Source: an uncultured virus (IMG/VR IMGVR_UViG_3300027851_001141) (taxonomy: Duplodnaviria; Heunggongvirae; Uroviricota; Caudoviricetes). Taken from it: 64,000 nt of DNA. Where the stretch lies: the IMG/VR virus record IMGVR_UViG_3300027851_001141. One strand, given 5' to 3'. Both the position numbers and the translations under genes were made by a program. The stretch's first letter is position 1; every line of letters starts with the position of its first letter. The notes under the pieces are model-generated. The model saw nothing but the letters and a program-made list of their open reading frames with translations, was not told where the DNA came from and ran no database searches. Below are positions 51,593 to 60,429 of this stretch, piece after piece.

Positions 51593-52009
51593 TCACGCCG
51601 CCTTCCGCTTGGCCAGCGCCGCCGTGACCTTGGCGGCGTAGGCCGCCGCTTGGGCGTAGACCGTCGCCGCGACGTGCGGGTCGAGACGGCCGACCGACGA
51701 GGCGAGACACACCGCCCCCGCCTCGGGCTTCGGGTTGAACTTGGCGGTGCCGTCCGACTGGACCACCCACCGGGGCAGCGCGTTCCCCTTCGCACCCTTC
51801 GAGACGAAGCACCCGCTCACCGCGATGCGCATCGGGCCCTTCGTCCCGTCCTCGGCGAGCACCTGGCGAAGCGACGCCGCGAAGCTCTCGACGCCCTCAC
51901 CGGGGGCACCGACGAGCGATCCATCGGCGGTCGAGACGTGGAAGACGAGCACCTTGCTGAGAACGAGGTCGCGGGCGGGGTCGTACGAGTTCTTGTTGTT
52001 CTTGGCCAT
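51593..52009 (-). CDS. Hypothetical protein
   Basis: AGGAG RBS; own promoter motif and terminator. Confidence 0.65.
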   Translation of the reverse strand: MAKNNKNSYDPARDLVLSKVLVFHVSTADGSLVGAPGEGVESFAASLRQVLAEDGTKGPMRIAVSGCFVSKGAKGNALPRWVVQSDGTAKFNPKPEAGAVCLASSVGRLDPHVAATVYAQAAAYAAKVTAALAKRKAA

Positions 52010-52683
52010 GATTGTTTCTCCTGTAGAGGTCGAGGCGTCCCTCGCCTCCCCTTCTACTATGAACAGGGTTGGTTTGGACACTTTTGACACACCTGCCCCT
52101 TAAGTGAGGGGCGGACGTGTCTTTTCACTCGGCGGGCCGGGTGACGTTTTCGGCACTCGGCGGAGGATTGAGACTCCCCAAGCGGGGCGCCTCGTTCACG
52201 ACTCGGGTTCCCCAATAGAGGATCCAAGCTGCCGGAGTACGTCCCCACACGTTCACGCAGAACGTGAACGCTAGGACGGAGACGATCACATACCACTTTT
52301 TCAAGGATTCCATGCGGCAAATGCCTCCTGCCATTTACTATTAGCAGGGTTTGATTCCACCTAATAGCCGATTGAAAGTTGGAAATAGGGGAAAGTCTCA
52401 CGTGAACTGGTAATACCAGTTGCACTTAAAGGTTACCTTAGTCGGAAAATGTTGTAATCATCTATTCACACTTTCGACCCTTTAAGTGAGGCAGCGGGTC
52501 AACAGGGGAAAACGGCCCTTCTCACGTGGAATAGCGGACAGGCGGCAGGTCAGGTTAAAAGGCAATGGCCCGCAAGCGGGCCTGAAAAGCTAGATTCTCG
52601 TAGCCACTGCGAGGAACGGTTAGTGACTATTAGAAATAGGTGTATCACTGCGAGGATTCTCGTAGCCACTGCGAGGATTAAAC

Positions 52684-52720
52684 GGAAATAGCCCCTAGGA
52701 AATACCTAGGGGCTATTTCC
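52684..52720 (-). terminator. Intrinsic terminator
   Basis: GGAAATAGCCCCTAGG-AAATA-CCTAGGGGCTATTTCC. Confidence 0.8.
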
Positions 52721-52730
52721 GGGTAGTGCA

Positions 52731-52916
52731 TCACGCCACCGACTTGATACGGTGGACGATGACGTTTTGGGTTCGGGCTCGAATCAGGAAGATCGCTTTG
52801 TCGATCTCTTCGAGATTCTTCTGAATCTCCTTTCTGCGATCCTCTCCCGCTCGAATCTGTGCCCGGAGCAGCTCACCCTTACGAGTGAGAAGATGACGAA
52901 TCTGATCGTTGCCCAT
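52731..52916 (-). CDS. Small coiled-coil protein
   Basis: GAGGAGG RBS then ATG at 52916, downstream of the promoter motif. Confidence 0.6.
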   Translation of the reverse strand: MGNDQIRHLLTRKGELLRAQIRAGEDRRKEIQKNLEEIDKAIFLIRARTQNVIVHRIKSVA

Positions 52917-53077
52917 GGTCCTAGCCTCCTCTTGGCATCTATTATGAAAAGGGTTCGTAGCCACTGCGAGAAATAGGGGTATCACTGCGAGGATTCTCGT
53001 AGCCACTGCGAGGAATCATTAGAAAGGGTAGGGGGTTAAACAGAAATAGCCCCTGGGTTGGTTACCAGGGGCGTATT

Positions 53078-53359
53078 TCAGGAAACCTTCTCGACCTTCT
53101 CGAAAGAAAGGCTGTCGAACTGGAGCCCGTGAGAAGGATCGGAGCAGCATCGAGTGTATTTCTCGACCAGCTTGAAATCCGGTGCGTGGGCTGCCAGAAC
53201 CTCAAGCACCTTCGCCTTCCGGTCCGGAAAGACGACTCCGAGGTTTTCCTCCCCATGAAACTTGGCCAGCTTGGCCAACCGGAATGCGGCCACGTGAGGC
53301 AGACCGTAATCTGCCTTCAACTTCTTTCCGAGCACCTTCCGATACTTGGCGAGAGTCAT
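53078..53359 (-). CDS. Small hypothetical protein
   Basis: AGGAGG RBS; promoter motif at 53384; terminator at 53043-53079. Confidence 0.6.
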   Translation of the reverse strand: MTLAKYRKVLGKKLKADYGLPHVAAFRLAKLAKFHGEENLGVVFPDRKAKVLEVLAAHAPDFKLVEKYTRCCSDPSHGLQFDSLSFEKVEKVS

Positions 53360-53440
53360 AGCTCCCTCCTTTCGTCTCCCTTTATTATGTCGAGGGTTGG
53401 ACTCGGGCAGCACGTGCGTTAAAAGGGCTTAGCCCCCACA

Positions 53441-53713
53441 CTAGGGATTCCACCTAGAGGGGAGGCTGTAGCCTTCGTCTTCTTCGTCGAAGATTTCTCT
53501 CCGCTCTTTCCGCGCTTCCTTCTCCGCTTTTCCACGCTCCGATTGAAGCCGGAGAGTGCGAATCTTGGAAGCGATGCGCTCCGCCCGGTGGTATTCCTGA
53601 GAGCAGATTTTACATCCGCACTCGATCACCGGGAAAGAGTATCCCTGAGAGCAGGGAGCGGAGAGAATCTCGGCGTGCTCGTTCGAGAGCTTTTCGATCT
53701 GGCGTTCGTCCAT
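53441..53713 (-). CDS. Small hypothetical protein with Cys motif
   Basis: GGAGG RBS; promoter motif at 53734. Confidence 0.6.
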   Translation of the reverse strand: MDERQIEKLSNEHAEILSAPCSQGYSFPVIECGCKICSQEYHRAERIASKIRTLRLQSERGKAEKEARKERREIFDEEDEGYSLPSRWNP

Positions 53714-54361
53714 GAAGCCTCCCTTCGAGATTTAGTATGAAAAGGGTTGCGGGGCTAGCTCACCCCATTCCTTTGCCCCACTTCTCGACCGCGTGTTCCC
53801 ACACTTCCGCGAGAAGGTAAATCCTACCCGCAACGTGCAGTTGGGGCACCGACTTTTCGTCCGGTTGCTCGTTTGCTTCCACCGGGGATTCGATGGTGTC
53901 GATCGCTTCTGCCCGGATGGCAACGAGGCGTGTGTTTTCCCGATTCAGCGTCCCGTCCCGCGAAACTTCGTTGTAGACCAGAAAGTGAATGATCATGGAA
54001 TCAACCTCGGGACAGGTTCGTACACCCGTCGCTTGATGTCTTCTTCGGTGTAGGCTGTCTCCCATTCCGGAAGAAACTCACACCGGGCCAGGATTTCCAT
54101 TCTCCGGAAATCTTCTCGCTCGTGGACCTCCGAAAGAACGTCCAAAAGCGCGTGGCAGGTTTCCGTGTCCTGGGAATCGAACATTTCCAGTTCCACGTGC
54201 TGCTGGCACTGGTAACTGTCTCCGGTCCAGTCGCACAGAAGCAGTGTGTAAAGTACGTGAATCATTATTTCCTCGTCCTTGGTACTTACTATGAAGTGGG
54301 TTCGTCTCGCAGCGAGGATTCTCGTAGCCGCTGCGTACTCCTGCGCGCATTAAACGACAAA

Positions 54362-54475
54362 AGCCCCACCTAGGTTTCCCTAGGTGGGGCTGGCAGGTAT
54401 GGACATGTAACCCAACTTACCTGTTACATAGAGGTACCCTCCTCCCGTCAGGTTTCTGCCGCGGTGGCCCTACCT
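54362..54475 (-). ncRNA. Candidate stand-alone small RNA/start-stop minigene (SD-ATG-TAA)
   Basis: Promoter motif 54476-54490, GGGAGGAGG-8 nt-ATGTAA (54424-54446), terminator 54362-54391; no ORF longer than a few codons. Confidence 0.6.
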
Positions 54476-54509
54476 ATTATGGGCAGGGTTTGCGGGCTAG
54501 GCTTGTGTG

Positions 54510-54932
54510 TCAGTAGGGTGAAGGATTCTCTCCGTCGGGAAGCCGGAATCCGTTTTCGGAAGCGAAGGCACGAAGACCAAGTTCGATGTCCCAATCGCTT
54601 GCCGCATCGTCGTGAATGCTTTGCAGCTCGGAGAAGAACTGCAAATCTTCGGCCGTCTCCGAATCGAAGCCGACCGCCTCGTTCAGCTCCCTTTGGACGT
54701 CCTCGTAGGGGGCATCTTCGTGGATCTTCTCCACGATTACTCCCTCGAAGCGGGGATTGTACTTCTCGTCGGAAATCAAGTGCCCAATGTTGCACTTGCA
54801 ACCGTTTCGCCCCCGGTACATCGGGCCTTCGACCTGACGTCTGCTGTATCCCAGGGAGAGCCGAAAGCCTTGGTACTTCATCCCGTTCCAGACCTTCGTG
54901 AAGATTTCCTGCTTTTGTTCGTGACTCAACAT
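54510..54932 (-). CDS. Conserved phage hypothetical protein
   Basis: YRG.NG.KC.IG.LI.DE.Y...LQ.IHD pattern; GGAGG RBS. Confidence 0.6.
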   Translation of the reverse strand: MLSHEQKQEIFTKVWNGMKYQGFRLSLGYSRRQVEGPMYRGRNGCKCNIGHLISDEKYNPRFEGVIVEKIHEDAPYEDVQRELNEAVGFDSETAEDLQFFSELQSIHDDAASDWDIELGLRAFASENGFRLPDGENPSPY

Positions 54933-55401
54933 CTTTATCCTCCCGTCAAGGGGCGACGACGTATCCATGAAAGTTCGAGGCGAAGAGAGCACCCCAAAAG
55001 AGCGCCCACGTCAGGAAGCGGCCACCGAGACGAAGCCTCGTTCTGCCAGACTGCGACAACCAGAAAGAAAATCCCGGCCGGAAGAAAATGGTTCATGAAT
55101 GGAACCAGCTTGGCGAGGTAGTACGTCCAAAGACCCACCGTCGCCAGGTTGGAGAAAAACTCCAGACCCGTCATTCCGTCCGCATCCTCGAACGGAATGT
55201 AATACACTCGGCCTTCCTTCGTACGAAGGACACGGTGCGTCTCGGTCTTGGAACGAATCGGAAGCTGCCAACGAGCGGTCATGATTCACCTCTTGGGTGT
55301 GAAAGGAATGGGCCGTCGTCGGCCTCGAAACCTAGTATGACCAGGGTTGAGTTTGGCTTAAACGAGAAAAGGCTCCCAGGAGTATTCCTAGGAGCGTCTT
55401 C

Positions 55402-55767
55402 TCAGGGAGTGTACTTCACGCCGAGAATCTCGATGTGCGTCGGGTAGTCCACCCACCGAAAGCTGATTCCGTGAGGCTTCTCCGCGTCGATCCACCGGAG
55501 AAATCCCCAGCAGAGCTTGCAGAATCGCGGCACGTTGTCTTTGGCGAGAGCCTCGTCCGAGAGCCGGAAATGGCGGCGAACACGCTCCAGATTCTTCTGG
55601 AGAACCTCTTTCAGCGGCGCTCCGGTTTGCGCACAGACCATGTCCTCGATTCCCGGAGTCGAAAGAGCGAGGATGTACATCCGCTCCACCTCGATCACCG
55701 TTCCCAGGTACACGTTGAAGTTCTCGTCATCGACCTCGAACGTGGAAGTCAGAAAGCTCTTGCCCAT
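55402..55767 (-). CDS. Hypothetical protein
   Basis: GAGGAGG RBS; promoter motif at 55791. Confidence 0.6.
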   Translation of the reverse strand: MGKSFLTSTFEVDDENFNVYLGTVIEVERMYILALSTPGIEDMVCAQTGAPLKEVLQKNLERVRRHFRLSDEALAKDNVPRFCKLCWGFLRWIDAEKPHGISFRWVDYPTHIEILGVKYTP

Positions 55768-55812
55768 GGGGTCACCTCCTCTTGGCTTTTACTATGGCCA
55801 GGGTTTAGATTA

Positions 55813-56397
55813 CTATTTGAGGTAGACGTATCCCTTGATACCCTCCTCCCGATATTCCGCGTAGCACTCCAACTCCGTCTTCATGGAATGCTTTTCCAGA
55901 AAGAGGCGTGTCTTCTCCTCGCTGCCGTTGCGAAACTTCGTGTGAGCGATGACCCTTTCGCTCCCGTCGGGATGAATCTCGAACACATGCACTTCGGTTT
56001 TCACATTCACCTCCCACAGAGGAATGTCGAGAACGAACGTGGAAAGCTCACGTTGAAACACCACCTGAAAGTCAGAATGGTGGGAAACAGCTCCCGAAGG
56101 AACATCGTAGACACGGATCAGAAATCCGTTGTCTTCCAGTTGAATCGTCTCATCCTCCGTAAACCACTCACAAAGTTGGTTCACCGAGTCGAAGCCGCAA
56201 ACCTCCCCTGCCTTCATAGCGTAACCGCTCGCAAAAGGTGTCGGATGGTAGGGACAGCCGGAGTGCCTACTCGAAAGGCTCAAAGTCATGTTCGACGACC
56301 TGTCGGACCGAGTATCCAAAAGTTGGTAGGGTCCAAATCCGTCCCTTTTGTGTTCGACTCGGTAGACCCTGCCGCCCAGCATAGCCAAGTCTTTCAT
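55813..56397 (-). CDS. Hypothetical protein
   Basis: VYRVEH..G.GPY..CGF.S..QL..WF phage motif; AGGAGG RBS. Confidence 0.6.
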   Translation of the reverse strand: MKDLAMLGGRVYRVEHKRDGFGPYQLLDTRSDRSSNMTLSLSSRHSGCPYHPTPFASGYAMKAGEVCGFDSVNQLCEWFTEDETIQLEDNGFLIRVYDVPSGAVSHHSDFQVVFQRELSTFVLDIPLWEVNVKTEVHVFEIHPDGSERVIAHTKFRNGSEEKTRLFLEKHSMKTELECYAEYREEGIKGYVYLK

Positions 56398-56810
56398 GTC
56401 GGCCTCCTTTCTCTTTCTATTATGGAAAGGGTTGCTTCGCTGCGAGGATTCTCGCAGCGGCTACGAGGAGGGTTAAATGGAAAATAGCCCGACGTAATAT
56501 TCCGTCGGGCTATTTTCAGCAGAAGGTGGTTCGACTGTGCCACAGTTCCGGATTGTGGCCGTACCCGTCGTGTCGGATGGGTTCTCCGTCCCCGTCGAGC
56601 GTGACGGGAGTTTCCTCGTCATCGGAGGGAGTGCTCGTGACGGTGTAGAGACACCATCGGTTTCCGGGACACCATCCCGTCAGGAACAGATTTCCGGCGG
56701 CGATTTCGACGGCGAACTCCTCGGGAAGCTCTCCGAGGAACATCGCCATCACGCCCTCATCTTCGGTCAGGTACCGCACCAAGTATTGTTTCGCCATGAT
56801 CTGTTTCCTT

Positions 56811-57029
56811 TCAGATGACGCCGTCTTCGATGAACGCACCGCCGCTGCGCTTCCACGCGGCGATCTCTTCTCGGTAGAGATCCGGATCGTACTCCAGATC
56901 GAAGTCTCCGTCCGAGAAGCAGTCAACGAAGTAGTTGACCACCGGGTCTTTCGTCTTCATGTTCGCGTCGTAGGCACGTTGGCAGAGGTCCAACTGTGCT
57001 TCCGTCAGAATGCTGAGGCTCAGATTCAT
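56811..57029 (-). CDS. Small acidic protein
   Basis: AAGGA RBS; directly downstream of the tRNA-like RNA. Confidence 0.6.
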   Translation of the reverse strand: MNLSLSILTEAQLDLCQRAYDANMKTKDPVVNYFVDCFSDGDFDLEYDPDLYREEIAAWKRSGGAFIEDGVI

Positions 57030-57056
57030 TGTTGTTTCCTTTCAGTGGAACTTCAT

Positions 57057-57142
57057 TGGTCGCAGGGGTAGGAGTCGAACCTACTTATTATCATCACACC
57101 CTTGGCAGGGAGAGCCCGGCTCATTTTTCGTGATGCCCTGCG
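57057..57142 (-). ncRNA. tRNA-like RNA with acceptor stem, T arm and CCA, but no D arm or anticodon
   Basis: CGCAGGG/CCCTGCG-A-CCA; GTAGG-TTCGACT-CCTAC; internal CATCAC/GTGATG stem enclosing two hairpins. Confidence 0.75.
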
Positions 57143-57796
57143 CTGCCCTTTCTATTATGTTCGGGGTTGCCTCACCAGCAGTCGAACACAACGTCCCTTT
57201 TCTCCAGATCCTCCACCAGCATTTCCTTTAGATCCTGCTCGGGAATGGCCAGAAGAGACTTCGTGTTGTGGCGAATCCAACTCTGGAATCCACCGGGAGA
57301 GATTGGTTGACCCAACGTGATGACGCACAAAACGTGAAAGTGAACGTACTTTTCCGGATCGTACTCGTCATCATTGGGAACGGACATTCCCTCTTCTTCC
57401 GCAAACCTCGCAATGGACAGGGGAAAGGCGAACATTTCTTTTCTCCTAGGCTGAGGATAGATAGAAATAGCCCGACGGAATATTCCGTCGGGCTATTTTC
57501 AGGTTCAGTCACTTGTGGTAGCGACGTTTGTCATCGGGATGCAGGACGAACGGGCCCTTGATTTCTGCGACGGACCCCAGGAAGAGATTTCCTGGTGAGG
57601 TGTTTCTCGCCACGAACTCGTTGAGACTCGCAGCGTAGTTTTTCCCGTGCTCTTCGGAGAATGGGCCCTGAATCGCACCACCTCGACAGTCGTGAACGTA
57701 AACGTCCATGTCAGCACCTCCTTTTTCGTTACTATGTTCGGGGTTCCATCTACTAAAAACGAAAATAGCCCGACGGAATATTCCGTCGGGCTATTT

Positions 57797-58102
57797 TCAG
57801 GCTGCCTTGGCGACTTCTCGAAGAGCGAAGCTCTTGAAGCTCTTGGCCTCGGCGATCTTGTTGGAGAGGACCGAGAGCTTGTGCCACTCGGCGAACGCTG
57901 CCTGGTAGGCGTCGGACGCCGCCGCGTGGAAGTTGCTTCCCATGGGATATTTCCGCATGGTGGCCGAGTGCTTCTCGACCTCGGCCCGCCAGTATTCCAT
58001 GGCGGGCTTCACGAAGACCACCAGCGTCAGGCCGATGATCTTGTCCGCCGTGAAGGTGCGGGTCGCTTCGCTGATGTTCTTGATCTGGGCCTTGATGTCC
58101 AT
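57797..58102 (-). CDS. Hypothetical Ala-rich helical protein
   Basis: AGGAG RBS; promoter motif at 58144; terminator follows. Confidence 0.65.
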   Translation of the reverse strand: MDIKAQIKNISEATRTFTADKIIGLTLVVFVKPAMEYWRAEVEKHSATMRKYPMGSNFHAAASDAYQAAFAEWHKLSVLSNKIAEAKSFKSFALREVAKAA

Positions 58103-58543
58103 GAGTATTTCTCCTGTTGAGGTGGACGGGGTGGTCGAGATTTAGTATGAACAGGGTTGGTTCGGCCAACACCTTCAATCGTCGCAGTAGAACGTGTAGA
58201 CTTCGAGGCCTCCGCCACGGAAGATTTCTGCTGCGTGTTTCTCGGTGAGGCCGACCAGGGTGCTTCCGGTCCAGAGCGCTGACTTATCCGAGGTCACGTA
58301 GGTCACCGTCCAGGTTGTTTCAGTGACGGCGCAGGGTTTCTCCTCGTTTTCGTGAACGCCGATCGTGAGAATGAATCCGCGGTCGCCGAACACTACGTCG
58401 CAGATTTTCTTCTCCTCCCTTTCGCGTGACCCAAGAAAGTAGATCCTTGCCACCTTGTCAGGCCGATTTTCCCGGAGCCACTTCCACTTGGCGGAAGTTT
58501 CGGGGGCGGAGACGCTGCTGGTTCTGCTCGCCATGGATTTTTC

Positions 58544-59023
58544 TCAGTCCGGAAGAGAAGAGAGCGCCTCCGCGATGGCGGCGCGGTTCTTTGCCAGCTT
58601 GGACAGTTCGTCTTGGATGTCCATGTAGAGAATCGAGGTGGGCCCCACCAGAGCACCGCCTCCCCCGAACTCTCCCGGTCGCATTTTGGAGCAGGTGTAG
58701 GACCACGTGAAAACGATGCACTCGTTGGGGCGGAACTTCTGGAGGAAATCCTGAAGAAGTCCAGCCATCACGTCGATTTGTCCGCCTTCTTCGCAGAAGA
58801 TGACCAGTTGGTTACCTTCCTTTTCGTAGTTCCACCCCCACCCTTCTTCACAGAGTTGCTTTTCGATATCTGTGAACTCGTGCTCTTCGTCGTCTTCCAG
58901 GAGCAGTTCGTGCTCTCCGCTGACGATGGCTTCGTACCACACCATCTTCTCGATGAGGAACTTGCCCTCCTCTTCGTTGCGAAGATCGATCTGGAACGAG
59001 CTTTGTTGGTAGTTGTTCGCCAT
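58544..59023 (-). CDS. Acidic hypothetical protein
   Basis: 159 aa; WSYTCSK.RPGEFGGG motif; RBS present. Confidence 0.65.
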   Translation of the reverse strand: MANNYQQSSFQIDLRNEEEGKFLIEKMVWYEAIVSGEHELLLEDDEEHEFTDIEKQLCEEGWGWNYEKEGNQLVIFCEEGGQIDVMAGLLQDFLQKFRPNECIVFTWSYTCSKMRPGEFGGGGALVGPTSILYMDIQDELSKLAKNRAAIAEALSSLPD

Positions 59024-59036
59024 TATTTTCTTCCTT

Positions 59037-59348
59037 TCAGTGAATGAATCCTTCGCACCCGATCACTCGTCCCTCGGAATCCCGAACGAGACGACCCGGA
59101 GAAACCAGGTCCACTCGGGGCGAAGTTGCCTTCACCACCGCCGAGACGATGTAGAGCACACCATTTTCTTGCGGCGGAAGACCCTCAACCGCTCCTATTT
59201 CGGAGCGGTAGATCGGAATGTTGTCGATGACGTCCACACACTTTGTGAACTGTTCCACCCTTGCGCATCCCTCGGAAGGAAAGGTTTTTTCTTCCGCCTC
59301 TCCGTTGAAGACGACGATGGTGTGAGGGGTGAGGTTGATGAATCTCAT
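59037..59348 (-). CDS. DUF1874-like viral protein
   Basis: INLTPH.I, PS.G.ARV, GLP....YIVS..V, RD.EG.VIGC. Confidence 0.7.
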   Translation of the reverse strand: MRFINLTPHTIVVFNGEAEEKTFPSEGCARVEQFTKCVDVIDNIPIYRSEIGAVEGLPPQENGVLYIVSAVVKATSPRVDLVSPGRLVRDSEGRVIGCEGFIH

Positions 59349-59352
59349 TGTT

Positions 59353-59826
59353 TCACTCCGGGAGAAGGCCGAGCACTTTACGAAGAAGTGACCGGGGGCT
59401 GCGCACCGAGATTTTGTCTCGGAACGAGTCATTCGGGTTCCTCGACGCGATCCACTGGTCTTCGTCGTCGAGGTAGTCGGGACAGAGATTGTGGCACTTG
59501 CCCTTTTCGATCATGAAGACGACCTTCGCAGCGAGCCACTCTTGAACGGACTCGTATTCCGTTCGGTCGTACTTCTTGCGATAGTCCCAGGACGCCTTCT
59601 CGGGGATGACCAGGAAGTACTCTCCTTCGGGAAGAAGAGCCTGGATGGCCTGAATGTCCCCGAGGTCGAGGTCACCCCATCCGATTTCCACTCCGAGTCG
59701 GTTGTACCACCGGGCGTTGTGGAAATATTCCTTCGCCCTGATTTGCCCCTCTTGAAGCATGAACTGAATGTCCATGCTCGGATCGTGCTGGAATCGATCG
59801 AACATTCGTGCGGTGAGTAGCGACAT
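59353..59826 (-). CDS. Hypothetical protein
   Basis: HNA.WYN..G..IGWGDL motif; AGGAGG RBS; promoter motif at 59848. Confidence 0.65.
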   Translation of the reverse strand: MSLLTARMFDRFQHDPSMDIQFMLQEGQIRAKEYFHNARWYNRLGVEIGWGDLDLGDIQAIQALLPEGEYFLVIPEKASWDYRKKYDRTEYESVQEWLAAKVVFMIEKGKCHNLCPDYLDDEDQWIASRNPNDSFRDKISVRSPRSLLRKVLGLLPE

Positions 59827-59897
59827 TGGCCACCTCCTTCCCCCTCTATTATGTCCAGGGTTGTGTCACTGCGAGGTTTCTCGCAGTGACGAAGGCG

Positions 59898-60323
59898 CTA
59901 GTAAGCCCAATCATACGCCTTAAGGGAACCGTCTTTTGAGTATCCCACCTGACAACAATCTACTGAGAAAGCCCAATCGGGCAGGTTTGCCCACTCGCCT
60001 TCATAAGGGCTGATGTATTCCATAATCAGCACAGGTATTCCCAAACTTTTGGAAATTTCATCGTTGTACCCACACCGAGCTAGCCAATGTTTTTGGGTTT
60101 TCCACGTAGAAGATTCGTAATAGTTTGCCTCGAATCCGTCCGATCCCTTGGGCAACTTGATCACGAAATCATCGTTAAGGCGAAAGGCCACACGGTTACG
60201 GCCTTCTCCTATGGGTTCTCCGTAAAGTTCTTTTAGCTTTTGAAAGGCGACTTCTACTAGCTTTTCTAAATCTTCTTCGGTTTCTACCTGAACTCGGTGT
60301 TTGGTATTCTTTCTCAGAATCAT
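59898..60323 (-). CDS. Minimal protein-kinase-like protein
   Basis: IGEGRNRVAF..VIKLP..N..E..LIMEY..QVGY...YDW. Confidence 0.5.
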   Translation of the reverse strand: MILRKNTKHRVQVETEEDLEKLVEVAFQKLKELYGEPIGEGRNRVAFRLNDDFVIKLPKGSDGFEANYYESSTWKTQKHWLARCGYNDEISKSLGIPVLIMEYISPYEGEWANLPDWAFSVDCCQVGYSKDGSLKAYDWAY

Positions 60324-60392
60324 ATTACCGCCATTAACGAAGAAAGAGCGCACGGCCGTGCAGTTAAAAGGCCATGAGGACCAGGTTAAACG

Positions 60393-60429
60393 CCAACAGC
60401 CCCCTAGCTAACTGCTAGGGGGCTGTTGG
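60393..60429 (-). terminator. Intrinsic terminator-like hairpin
   Basis: CCAACAGCCCCCTAGC-TAACT-GCTAGGGGGCTGTTGG. Confidence 0.7.

Larger units (their letters stand above)
52593..53014. repeat. CTGCGAG-GATT-CTCG(T/C)AG palindromic element, including a 46-bp direct repeat (52632-52677, 52969-53014)
   Basis: Further copies at 54310-54327, 56438-56459, 59865-59890. Confidence 0.85.
56480..57798 (-). terminator. Three near-identical palindromic terminators (56480-56517, 57465-57498, 57761-57798)
   Basis: GAAAATAGCCCGACGGAATATTCCGTCGGGCTATTTTC, each just after a minus-strand stop codon. Confidence 0.85.

Noticed and set aside
52593..53014. CRISPR array from the repeated CTCGTAGCCACTGCGAG units
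   Set aside because: Spacing is irregular, there are no unique equal-length spacers, and no cas genes are present; the units track promoters instead.
50412..56487. Long plus-strand ORFs (e.g. 50813-52087, 50638-51402, 55435-56487)
   Set aside because: They are antisense shadows of GC-rich minus-strand genes that have RBS, promoter motif and terminator, and they run through terminator hairpins.
57057..57142. tmRNA
   Set aside because: Only 86 nt, with no G3-U70 alanine identity pair, tag ORF or pseudoknots.
56480..57798. CRISPR repeats (three ~36-bp palindromic repeats)
   Set aside because: They are separated by 260-950 bp of genes and placed right after stop codons, like terminators.
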